From Gloeobacterales cyanobacterium (GTDB lineage Bacteria > Cyanobacteriota > Cyanobacteriia > Gloeobacterales > PMM-0068): a stretch of 11,574 nt of DNA. The stretch spans positions 1 to 11,574 of the forward strand of contig JBBRSB010000055.1 in assembly GCA_038245785.1 (NCBI GenBank). The letters run 5' to 3'. Each line of letters opens with the position of its first letter. Positions within the stretch are counted from its first letter, which is position 1. A program made the translations under genes and the position numbers. Below, piece after piece: positions 1-8,999 of the stretch. A model generated the notes under the pieces. That model did not search any database. It had not been told where the DNA came from and saw only the letters and a program-made list of their open reading frames with translations.

Positions 1-1773
1 CAGATCCTCCATTGCGCGAACTAAGTGCAGATGATCCTCATGGGTGCGGACGGCTAACCGAAAAAAGGCACCTTCGCCCTTAAAGCGACTAGAGACATCT
101 TTAATATAGATAGAGCGGTTGGTAAGGAGCGTTTCCGCCAGGGCTTGGGCAGAACTCCGGTTCAGATGCAGTTTGACGAGCAGAAAGTTACCACCACTGG
201 CAAACACCTTAGCGACAAAGGGTAGGGTCTCTAGCATCTCAGCAAATTGCACTCGATCTCTGGCTGTGGATTGGAACGAAGTAGCGATCGCTTCCCGATG
301 TTTGAGGATGATTTCCAGAAAATGTTCAGCAAGGGAGTTGAGATTCCAGATCGGAAGATGACGGTGCATGAAGAGATTAAACTCAGCATTCAAGGAGTAG
401 GTATAGCCGAGGCGAAGTCCTGGAACCCCAAGCGTTTTGCTCAGACTTTTAAGCAGAATGACATTGGCTAAGGGCCGCTCTTCTAGCAACACCATCACGC
501 TGGGCTGATCGGCAAAGTCAATAAACGATTCGTCTACTATCAGCCATTTCTCTGGATGGTTTTCGGCAAAGTTATAGATCCAGTCCGAGGGCAAGAGCGT
601 ACCGGTTGGATTATTGGGGTTTACGAAGACAATTACCTCGGCATCCTGTGCCAGGGGTAGAAATAGATCGAGATCGAAGCCGATTTCATCCCAGTATTCA
701 GATGCTGTCGGAAACATACGCTGATATTCGCCAAAGGTCGGGCAAGGAATCAGTACCCGTCGGCCTGCAAAAAACTGTTTTAACACCGGAAATGCTTGGG
801 AGGCCCCATTTAAAGCTATACAGCGTTCGGGTTGGCAGAGGAGATAGTACGAAAGTTTTCGATCGAGCAGGGTTTGCGTTGACCCATAGTTATGGAGGAG
901 AGATGGTAATGCATTCCGTAATTCTGAAAGAACACTTCCGGTCGGAAAGTACATATTGCGAAGAAAACAAAAGTCTAGAACTTCATAGTTCCAATAGCTC
1001 CCCTGCGAACGCTGGAGTGAAGAATAGCGTTGATCGGCTTCGAATGTATAGCGAGCGGAATCTAGATCATTGGGGTCGTCCAGCTCTGCCCAGCGCTCAT
1101 TCTGGAGAATGGCGGCATGGATCACCTCTTGTTGCATGGTAATAATAATGCCGAGGATTGCCTCGTAGTAACAGTTTGAATCGATTGCCTTGGCATAGTA
1201 GGTAATCAATCGTTTAAAGGAACCCGAACAAAATGCCTGAGAGAATTTATAGATATTCAGCGTTTTATATTTGTCCGCAAAATTAAAGTCAGATCCCTGC
1301 AGATGAGGCGGAATCACACTCCTAACGACGCCATCTACGACCGTGACAACCGTACCATCCATACCACTCCGATAGCGATCGAGGAGCGCAACATTGGGAT
1401 CGGGCGATGCAAATAATCTGTTAAATACCGATCGCTCAACGACTAAATCACTCTCAATCAACACAATATCGCCATCCATGGGCACTTGTTCCAGGGCTAA
1501 GGCCAGGGAATAGATGTTGTTGGTTTCCGCATAGCGATCGTTATGGACAAATAAGAAATCCAGGTCGGGATAAAGCTCAAGCGCATGCTGGCGGATTTCT
1601 TCAGCCCGATAGCCTGTGACGATTGCAACGTTTGTGACGCCGTGGGCAATCAACATATCAATTAATCGTCCTAGCAACGTGCGGTCGCCAATTTTCAGGA
1701 GTGATTTATGGGTTGTAAGCGTCAAGGGGCGCATGCGTCGCCCAATACCTGCTGCCAAGATAATTGCTCGCAT
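1..1773 (-). CDS. Bifunctional nucleotidyltransferase (LicC/phosphocholine cytidylyltransferase-like) plus class I/II PLP enzyme (CobD/HisC-like); 3' end lies just outside the window
   Basis: Translated by hand from ATG 1773, with no stop found before base 1. N-terminal NTP-transferase motifs: MRAIILAAGIGRRMRPLT..HKSLLKIG, YAETNNIYSL, IESDLV, WAELDDPNDL. PLP-domain motifs: PTFGEY, VNPNNPTG, VDESFIDF, KSLSKTLGVPGLRLGY (PLP lysine), PIWNLNS, FRLAVRT. Confidence 0.9.
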   Translation of the reverse strand, partial: MRAIILAAGIGRRMRPLTLTTHKSLLKIGDRTLLGRLIDMLIAHGVTNVAIVTGYRAEEIRQHALELYPDLDFLFVHNDRYAETNNIYSLALALEQVPMDGDIVLIESDLVVERSVFNRLFASPDPNVALLDRYRSGMDGTVVTVVDGVVRSVIPPHLQGSDFNFADKYKTLNIYKFSQAFCSGSFKRLITYYAKAIDSNCYYEAILGIIITMQQEVIHAAILQNERWAELDDPNDLDSARYTFEADQRYSSLQRSQGSYWNYEVLDFCFLRNMYFPTGSVLSELRNALPSLLHNYGSTQTLLDRKLSYYLLCQPERCIALNGASQAFPVLKQFFAGRRVLIPCPTFGEYQRMFPTASEYWDEIGFDLDLFLPLAQDAEVIVFVNPNNPTGTLLPSDWIYNFAENHPEKWLIVDESFIDFADQPSVMVLLEERPLANVILLKSLSKTLGVPGLRLGYTYSLNAEFNLFMHRHLPIWNLNSLAEHFLEIILKHREAIATSFQSTARDRVQFAEMLETLPFVAKVFASGGNFLLVKLHLNRSSAQALAETLLTNRSIYIKDVSSRFKGEGAFFRLAVRTHEDHLHLVRAMEDL

Positions 1774-1779
1774 CGGTAA

Positions 1780-2663
<884 letters not shown>

Positions 2664-2756
2664 AATTTTCCCATGGTGAAGAAGGATACAAGCAATCTGA
2701 CTGGATTGCCGATCTGCTCAATAATTTAGTTATTCTTCCCCCTCTAACTTTGGTAC

Positions 2757-3767
2757 ATGATGGCGATCATTCAATTAACTTCAGCTCCCTCTATGGATAG
2801 CGTGATATTTCCTAGAACGCGCACTTCACTGCGAGATCTAGCTGTCTGGATTAAAGAAGGAATTCTACTCGGCAATACTTTTCATTATCGCAAAAAGAAT
2901 CGCTGGATTCATAACTTCATTAATCTTTCCGTTCTAAGTTTAATTGGATTGGGCATTATCCAGTTGTCTTTACTTTCGGTAATTTTGCCGTTAGCAATTT
3001 ATTTGCCTATCGCTATTTTTTGCTTTGGAATTCTTCAGTTCATGCTGTTCATTCTCGTTGTGCATGAAGCCTCCCATAACATGTTTATCCTATCAAAAAG
3101 CAGCAAGCGATCGCTATTTTGGAATCGCCTGTTTGGATGGACTATCGCCACCTTTTATGGCTTGGAGTACGGTAAGCATTGGGAAGTCGGACACCAGGTG
3201 CATCACTATGACACGATCGAAGACAACGATCCTCAAAACTGCTCGAATACCATCTATTCGGGTCCAGCTTTGTTTGCCTATACCTTCAAAGTTTTATTAA
3301 TGCCTGGTTATTGCCAGTTTTTTCGTAAGTATGATCAGTGTGACGCACCCAAATATTATGGTCTGAATCCAACGTTACTGGCTGGACAAGTCATGCTCTG
3401 GGTATTATTTATTGCGGTTTCAATTTTGTATTTAAGTTGGGCAGTTCCGGTGGCCGTATTTTGGGGTATTCAAGTTGTTTCAGCCCTGAATCAATTCAAG
3501 ATTGCGATGGAGCATGGGGGTGAAATCGGTCGGCGCGAGCAGCCATTTTTGCGATCGTGCAGTTCCTTCTTTCCTTTGCGCTGGCTGTTGATGCCGTTGA
3601 ACATCTCGCTTCACTTCGAGCATCATCTTAATTATTGCGTTCCTTGGTACGATCTCATGAACTATCACCATGCATTAGAGAAAATTGTTCCCCGAGAAAT
3701 ACGCTCTCAAGTCTTCCATTATGACTTTGAAGTTTGGCAGCAAATCAACGAAAATAAACAGATATAG
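2757..3767 (+). CDS. Membrane fatty acid desaturase family protein
   Basis: Three His boxes (HEASH, HQVHH, HFEHH) and two long hydrophobic segments. The start could also be 2760 or the later Met (MDSVIF). Confidence 0.85.
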   Translation: MMAIIQLTSAPSMDSVIFPRTRTSLRDLAVWIKEGILLGNTFHYRKKNRWIHNFINLSVLSLIGLGIIQLSLLSVILPLAIYLPIAIFCFGILQFMLFILVVHEASHNMFILSKSSKRSLFWNRLFGWTIATFYGLEYGKHWEVGHQVHHYDTIEDNDPQNCSNTIYSGPALFAYTFKVLLMPGYCQFFRKYDQCDAPKYYGLNPTLLAGQVMLWVLFIAVSILYLSWAVPVAVFWGIQVVSALNQFKIAMEHGGEIGRREQPFLRSCSSFFPLRWLLMPLNISLHFEHHLNYCVPWYDLMNYHHALEKIVPREIRSQVFHYDFEVWQQINENKQI

Positions 3768-3778
3768 CGGTCAGCAAG

Positions 3779-3881
3779 ATAGCAGTCGCCAAGAACATGA
3801 GGACCTATGTGTCGGAGATGTTCCAACAGTTTAAACTCTCAACATGTAACGGTCTTAACAGCTCTGTCCATGGCTATAACT
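3779..3881. repeat. Degenerate ~100-bp repeat, copy 1 (MITE-like, decayed terminal inverted repeats)
   Basis: Aligns end to end with 4009-4107: ATAGCAGTCGCyAAGAACATkAGGA...ATGTAACGGTCTTA...TCTGTCCATkGCTAwAACT. Confidence 0.75.
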
Positions 3882-4008
3882 TTTTTTCTGCACCTGCTCA
3901 TGTTCTGAAACAATTTTCAAAATGTTCACAAGTGATACATTCTGAAACCTGCTCAGGGAGGGGGTTTAGTTTGTCGTCATAACGAAAAAACCTGTCGAAG
4001 TTATAAAT

Positions 4009-4107
4009 ATAGCAGTCGCTAAGAACATTAGGATCTATTTGTTGTGAGATATTCTGGCAGCTCAAGCACTTAAGATGTAACGGTCTTATCTGTCCATTGC
4101 TAAAACT
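4009..4107. repeat. Degenerate ~100-bp repeat, copy 2 (5-bp deletion relative to copy 1)
   Basis: Direct repeat of 3779-3881, starting 230 bp downstream of it. Confidence 0.75.
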
Positions 4108-4297
4108 ATCAGGTATAAAAGGTGAAAGAAGACCCATGGGTATTACAGCTTTTGTCTTAGGGATATTTACCTAGGTAATTAACGGAAGTAAGAGTGAATT
4201 CATCTATTTCGTTAAGGTAATCTTCAAGACGTTCTGCAGATGTTTAGTTTTAGTTGAATCCCTATGATGAAACCATATTGAATTTGTCTCAATCCTA

Positions 4298-4492
4298 ATG
4301 AAATCCTTAGCAAGAGAATTAATTATAGAGAAAATCTATAGTGAGCTTACTACTCGACCCCGTTCTATCCTGCAGTTGAGCCGGGACCTCAACCACGCCC
4401 CCTGGCAAATTTTTCGGGCCGTACATGAACTGAATCAGGTTGGCAGAATTGCTTACTTACCAACGCGGGGACACTGGATTGTCATAGATTAG
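4298..4492 (+). CDS. Small winged helix-turn-helix-like protein (64 aa)
   Basis: The pattern helix (IIEKIYSEL), turn, helix (SILQLSRDL), helix (PWQIFRAVHELNQVGRI), beta wing ending in GHWIV fits a wHTH fold. ATG start follows an AT-rich region. Confidence 0.55.
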   Translation: MKSLARELIIEKIYSELTTRPRSILQLSRDLNHAPWQIFRAVHELNQVGRIAYLPTRGHWIVID

Positions 4493-4621
4493 AGGCCTGT
4501 TTGGGGATTAAGGCTGAAAAGTGGTGACTATGGGGATGACCTGACTTAACGGATATTCCTCTGTCAATGCTTATGCGAAGCACATTTGTCTTCTGCGGTA
4601 TAACCCTAACCTGCCTTAACT

Positions 4622-5281
4622 TTATACTAAAGGAGAATGATCGTACTGGGCCAATAAATCAGCTGGATCGTCAAAAATTGCCAGTGCGCCCTTTAATATA
4701 TCGTCGTCAAATCCCCCGCATCGCAGGGCAATCACACCTACACCCGCTTTGCTGGCAGATTCAATGTCATAGGGAGAATCTCCAATCATTACGGCTTGGT
4801 CTGGCTTTAGGCCTGCTTTGCTCAGGGCCGCTTCAACAATATCAGGAGCAGGCTTGGAGGCTTGTGCATCGCTGGAAGTGGTTTTTTCTTGGAGCAAATC
4901 GTCTACCTGTGCTGCTTTGAGCAGCACTTTCAACTCTTGATCACTAGCGGAGCTAGCAACAATTAGCTTCAGTCCAGAGGCGAGCAGCTTCAGTAAAAGA
5001 TCCCGTGAGCCCTTAGTGGGAAGAAGCTGTGGACCAAACTGGTTGAGGATTAACTCCTTACGAAAGTCCGTAATCGCCTTTCCATCTCCCTCCTGATCAT
5101 CGAGACTGGGAACCATTTTTGGGATAACCTGGTCCCCCCCCATACCCATCAGCGGTCGCACTTTGACAAAGGGCACATCATAGCCGAAAGCAGAAAAGGC
5201 CTTTACCCATGCATGAGCATGAGCGTCGTTGCTTAGAACCAACGTCCCGTCAACATCTAAAATAACGCCCTCTAATGCCAT
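4622..5281 (-). CDS. HAD-superfamily hydrolase (class IA; phosphoglycolate phosphatase/beta-phosphoglucomutase-like)
   Basis: Motif I ILDVDGTL, motif II VASSA, motif III SKPAPDI, motif IV IGDSPYD. The start was moved to ATG 5281, which has GAGG upstream, rather than 5356. Confidence 0.9.
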   Translation of the reverse strand: MALEGVILDVDGTLVLSNDAHAHAWVKAFSAFGYDVPFVKVRPLMGMGGDQVIPKMVPSLDDQEGDGKAITDFRKELILNQFGPQLLPTKGSRDLLLKLLASGLKLIVASSASDQELKVLLKAAQVDDLLQEKTTSSDAQASKPAPDIVEAALSKAGLKPDQAVMIGDSPYDIESASKAGVGVIALRCGGFDDDILKGALAIFDDPADLLAQYDHSPLV

Positions 5282-5384
5282 GTTCAGCCTCTCTACCGTT
5301 TGGTGCCTTATAGTCTCTCGATGCTGGCATGAGACCAAGGCAAGTTCATCAGCCAATTGGCAGAAAAGCGTGAATTCACGGCTT

Positions 5385-5419
5385 AAAAAGAAAAAAGCTT
5401 GGTCTTACGGGACCAAGCT
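5385..5419 (-). terminator. Rho-independent terminator downstream of the APC permease
   Basis: Minus strand reads AGCTTGGTC-CCGTAA-GACCAAGCT followed by TTTTTCTTTTT, about 23 bp after the permease stop. Confidence 0.85.
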
Positions 5420-5442
5420 AGCGATAGGCAAGGAGAACACTG

Positions 5443-6876
5443 TCAAACTTTTCTAAGCTCTGTGAACTTAAGATCTATCGCTTCTAAGTCTCGTTCCATC
5501 TCCTCAACCATCTGAGGGGAACGACTGCGCAGAAAGAGAAACCAGCCTACGCCAATCGCCATATAGACCAAGAATAGGTAGGGAAAAACGTTGTAGGGAG
5601 CAGCAGGTACAGGATAAACACTGCCGACGACCGGAACCATCATGAAAAGAACGGCTAGAGCAGAAACAGCGATGTCCCAGGGCTTAAGACTACTTTCACG
5701 CTTGAGGTAGACCGGAGCCGCTACAGAAATCAAGATATAGCAGACCAAGAAACCATAGGTGGCAATCGTTCCGGTATAGCCATAAATATCAAGAACCTTG
5801 ATTCCAGCCAGCGATAGCAAGGCCGGAAGAGAGAAGACCATCAGGGCTGCAACCGTTGCGGCAATATGGGGCGTTTCATTGACGGTATGGGCGGACCCCA
5901 TAGAGTTGGGGAAAATGCCATGACGACTCATAGAGAACAAGACCCGTGAAGCAGCATTGATACTAGCGAGGGTACAGGCGAACAAACTGACCATAGCTGC
6001 GACAGAAATGACGACTCCGAGGAAGCCTGCTCCCGCAATAGAGGAGAGCACATTTAGAGGGGCTTCCGTTTTATCTAAAGTGGTTTTATAGCCTTGGAAT
6101 CCAAGCACCATCACATAGGACATAACAATGAAAAAAGAACCAGAAATGACCGTGCTCAAAATTACAGACCGAGGGATGAATTTGAGAGGCTCTTTCGCTT
6201 CATCGCCTAAAGCGGTAGCACTTTCAAATCCGACATAGCTAAAGACAGCCAGCACCAATCCCAAGCCTAAACCACTGGGGGTAACTCCTTGGAGCGTAAG
6301 CTGAGCCGTATCAACGGCGAAGTTCTTATTCGTGAGCACAAATGCCGCTAGGATTAGAATCAGTCCAACGGCCCCTGCTTCAATGCCCAGCATCAAGACG
6401 GTAGATAAGCGAATATCTTTATAGGCACAAAACCAGGCAGCGCTGATACAGACAAGAAGCAGCAAAATTGCGGGGGCTTGGATACCGACCAGCCCCAATA
6501 AGATATTGCCATAGTTGGCAAAACCAGAAGCTACGGCCATAGCGGTGAAGAGATAGCCGAGAACCAATCCCCACCCGGCAGTCACTCCAGCCATTGGTCC
6601 CAGTCCTCTAGAAGTGTAGGCATAGAGAGAACCAGGAGAAGCAGAACGTTGAGCAAACTGATTGATATTTAAACTCACAAAGACCAAGCCAATAGTCGCA
6701 ATTACATAGGCAAGCCAGCTACCGTTTCCCGTGCTGGCATAGACCAAGGCTAAGTTCACCGTTGGCGTGAGAGTCGGCGCAATATTAGCAATCGATTGGG
6801 CTAAGACTTCTGGAAAAGGAAGACATTGAGATCTAAGTCCAGATTTCGTAGGTTTAGGAGTTGTTGTAATAGTCAT
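5443..6876 (-). CDS. APC-family amino acid/amine permease
   Basis: About 12 hydrophobic segments, with LAQSIANIAPT in TM1, GSLYAY, FSYVGFESATALGDEAKEP in TM6, and SRVLFSMSRHG..P. Confidence 0.92.
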   Translation of the reverse strand: MTITTTPKPTKSGLRSQCLPFPEVLAQSIANIAPTLTPTVNLALVYASTGNGSWLAYVIATIGLVFVSLNINQFAQRSASPGSLYAYTSRGLGPMAGVTAGWGLVLGYLFTAMAVASGFANYGNILLGLVGIQAPAILLLLVCISAAWFCAYKDIRLSTVLMLGIEAGAVGLILILAAFVLTNKNFAVDTAQLTLQGVTPSGLGLGLVLAVFSYVGFESATALGDEAKEPLKFIPRSVILSTVISGSFFIVMSYVMVLGFQGYKTTLDKTEAPLNVLSSIAGAGFLGVVISVAAMVSLFACTLASINAASRVLFSMSRHGIFPNSMGSAHTVNETPHIAATVAALMVFSLPALLSLAGIKVLDIYGYTGTIATYGFLVCYILISVAAPVYLKRESSLKPWDIAVSALAVLFMMVPVVGSVYPVPAAPYNVFPYLFLVYMAIGVGWFLFLRSRSPQMVEEMERDLEAIDLKFTELRKV

Positions 6877-6900
6877 CGCTAAGCCCTTAGTAACGGGTAA

Positions 6901-6934
6901 AGAGGTAACCGCAGAAGCAAGCTGCGATTACTCT
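6901..6934 (-). other. Intergenic RNA hairpin between the amine oxidase and permease genes
   Basis: mRNA reads AGAGUAAUCGCAG-cuugcuu-CUGCGGUUACCUCU. It has one U-G wobble that pairs only on the minus strand and one bulge. Confidence 0.55.
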
Positions 6935-6971
6935 ATTTCACTTGTAATAACAAGCATGTAGCGAATGTTAC
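6930..6971 (-). promoter_or_regulatory. NtcA-type promoter of the permease: NtcA box 6958-6971, palindrome 6941-6954, -10 TAGAGT 6935-6930
   Basis: Minus strand reads GTAACATTCGCTAC ATG CTTGTTATTACAAG TGAAA TAGAGT, an exact match to GTA-N8-TAC-N22-TAN3T. Confidence 0.8.
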
Positions 6972-8911
6972 GAATGGCTATGGCAGTTGCTCTTTTTGTG
7001 CATAGAAGGAGGCACATCGGTGGCCGGACTGCTATCAAAAAAGCCTACGGGTTTGAGCATAAAACCGATATAGGCCGTAGGCATCACGGGCCAATCTTCT
7101 GGACGGGGAACATGGTGATGGCCAAAGGTGTACCAAACCACTACGTTGGTGTCTGTAATTGGGCGGTTGGCTTGGGTCCAAGCGGGTAATCCTTGGCCCC
7201 CAGGACTCTGGTTCGGATATTCTCCAGCGGGATAGCGCTCATCGGCACTGTAGGGGGTTGCCCAGAGGTGTTTGGTCATGAAACCTGCCCGCTTGAGCAC
7301 GCTGGATTCGGGATGGGCAAAGGGCAGAATATTCTCCCCAGGCATCAACTTATAAGCGACGGGTTGGCCGACCGCGTTAAGCACGGAAGGATTGACGATT
7401 TTCCAGTATCGGGCGGACATCGGATCAATCGTGCGCTGGGCTTGGGATTCTGTCGCTAAAAGAGTGGATTTCGCAAAAAAGGCATTGCCATGAGGATTTT
7501 CTGGCCCCATTGGTTCTGCTTCCGTATTCACTTCGTACACCGAGTTCTGCAGGCCCTCCACGCTCATATCCAAACGAACATTGAAGAAATGTTGGTGTAC
7601 TGGGGCATTGAGCTGAGGAGCAATGAGGGAGCCATACTTAGGCGTTTCACCGGGCATCATCGCTCCAGTATTGAGCATGCCCGTTAGTTTTACTTCGTAC
7701 TGGATCGTTCCATCCTGATAGAAGTACCAGAAAAAACCATACTCATAGTTGCCGACGGTAGAAACGAAGGAAACCACCAAGCGCCGAGAACGCCTCACTT
7801 CCGTCTGTTCTGTGCGCCAGTCCATATGCTTCCAGAGAATACCGTAGTCTTCTTCATGCATACAGACCGCATTTTCAATCGTCACAACCTGGCCGCGACT
7901 GTTCGTCATCACCGCATCAAAGTAGCGGATCACGCCCAGGCAATCGCATCCCAGTTTGAGGGAGTTTGCCAAGGTGCCAATGCCGTACTCCCCGACATCA
8001 AAGGCATTTTTGCGGAAGTGAAAGGGCCTGGGGTCACCATAGGGCACCACCATTTCTGCCAGAGAAGCGCGGTAGAGGATTGGGCGCAGGCGGCCCTGGT
8101 CTGCGTAGCCAATCGTATAGAGCACCAAACCTTCGCGGGGGGTGAAGCCAAGGCGAAACTGCCATTTTTGCCAGCGGACCTGATGGCCTTGCACCTCGAA
8201 GCTCGGACCTTCGGGCTGGACAATTTCTAGGGGTTGAACGTCTGTACGCAGGTCCTGGATAAATTCGGGGGTATAGTTCCCAGGATTGGGCGGCAGGGGC
8301 ACGACGCCATAGTCTTCGACCCTGAGCACCTGCATCGTATTCAGATCTACGACCGGGACCACGCCTTCAATCGGTCGCGCATAGCCATTGTCCGTAGGGC
8401 TAGAACGGACCCAGCAGAGGGCTCGGCTCAAACGCTTTCCCTCCTCATCCTCAAAACCAAAGTTTCCGGCAGACCAGGGGTCTACCATCACCAGGTCTGG
8501 ATTGGTAATGCCCCGTCGTTCCAGGGCAGCACGGAAGTCAGGATTGGCTTTGACAGCATTCTCACATTCAATAAATTCATCGAGCATGATTGGAGGCTGC
8601 ACCCCGTCCACTTTTTTCCAAGAGGTAACCGTACCGTCTGTCAGAGAAACAATCGCTTCGTAGGTGGTGGCTGTGGCGTTGTCCAAGAGAATGGCAAAAG
8701 CCTCGCGCTGGATAGCCTCTTCCTGTTCAAAATTTAGGACCACGGACTTTGGCGGCTCATGCAGGACGACGGTGGCAAAGCGCACGCGCCCACTAAGCGG
8801 ATAATCGGCCCGCAGAACACGTACCGCTCTGGCAATTTCTTCTGCCGTAAGCGGGTCAAGCGGATGCTGGGCTAAGGTCACGTTGGTGGGAGGAATGCGT
8901 ACGCTCGTCAT
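6968..8911 (-). CDS. tynA: Copper-containing (TPQ) primary amine oxidase
   Basis: TPQ consensus STVGNYEY, catalytic Asp in NAFDVGEYG, GCDCLG, Cu ligands HQH and HVPRPEDWPVMP, N-terminal HPLDPLT. No obvious signal peptide. Confidence 0.95.
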   Translation of the reverse strand: MTSVRIPPTNVTLAQHPLDPLTAEEIARAVRVLRADYPLSGRVRFATVVLHEPPKSVVLNFEQEEAIQREAFAILLDNATATTYEAIVSLTDGTVTSWKKVDGVQPPIMLDEFIECENAVKANPDFRAALERRGITNPDLVMVDPWSAGNFGFEDEEGKRLSRALCWVRSSPTDNGYARPIEGVVPVVDLNTMQVLRVEDYGVVPLPPNPGNYTPEFIQDLRTDVQPLEIVQPEGPSFEVQGHQVRWQKWQFRLGFTPREGLVLYTIGYADQGRLRPILYRASLAEMVVPYGDPRPFHFRKNAFDVGEYGIGTLANSLKLGCDCLGVIRYFDAVMTNSRGQVVTIENAVCMHEEDYGILWKHMDWRTEQTEVRRSRRLVVSFVSTVGNYEYGFFWYFYQDGTIQYEVKLTGMLNTGAMMPGETPKYGSLIAPQLNAPVHQHFFNVRLDMSVEGLQNSVYEVNTEAEPMGPENPHGNAFFAKSTLLATESQAQRTIDPMSARYWKIVNPSVLNAVGQPVAYKLMPGENILPFAHPESSVLKRAGFMTKHLWATPYSADERYPAGEYPNQSPGGQGLPAWTQANRPITDTNVVVWYTFGHHHVPRPEDWPVMPTAYIGFMLKPVGFFDSSPATDVPPSMHKKSNCHSHS

Positions 8912-8944
8912 CGATAGGCCCCTAAAGTGAGTACGGTAGGCTGC

Positions 8945-8986
8945 ATTCTCACCTTCCTGTCATAACAAGTTAGTAGAAAATGCTAC
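8945..8986 (-). promoter_or_regulatory. NtcA-type promoter of the amine oxidase: NtcA box 8973-8986, palindrome 8956-8969, weak -10 GAGAAT 8950-8945
   Basis: Minus strand reads GTAGCATTTTCTAC TAA CTTGTTATGACAGG AAGGT GAGAAT. Confidence 0.72.
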
Positions 8987-8999
8987 GGAATCTTAGCGA

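Noticed and set aside
3974..3985. TCGTCATAACGA, resembling the operator palindrome
   Set aside because: The outer bases do not match, there is no adjacent NtcA box, and there is no clear downstream gene. It is probably chance.
3779..4107. Possible CRISPR array
   Set aside because: Only two long (~100 bp), diverged copies, with no regular repeat-spacer period and no cas genes.
3797..4137. ORFs 3797-3982 (+) and 3898-4137 (-), the latter with Cys pairs
   Set aside because: Both overlap the decayed repeats. The second repeat copy does not preserve either frame, so the Cys pairs are probably chance.
5282..5356. 25-codon N-terminal extension of the HAD ORF in the track
   Set aside because: HAD motif I normally lies within about 10 residues of the start, and ATG 5281 has a ribosome-binding site.
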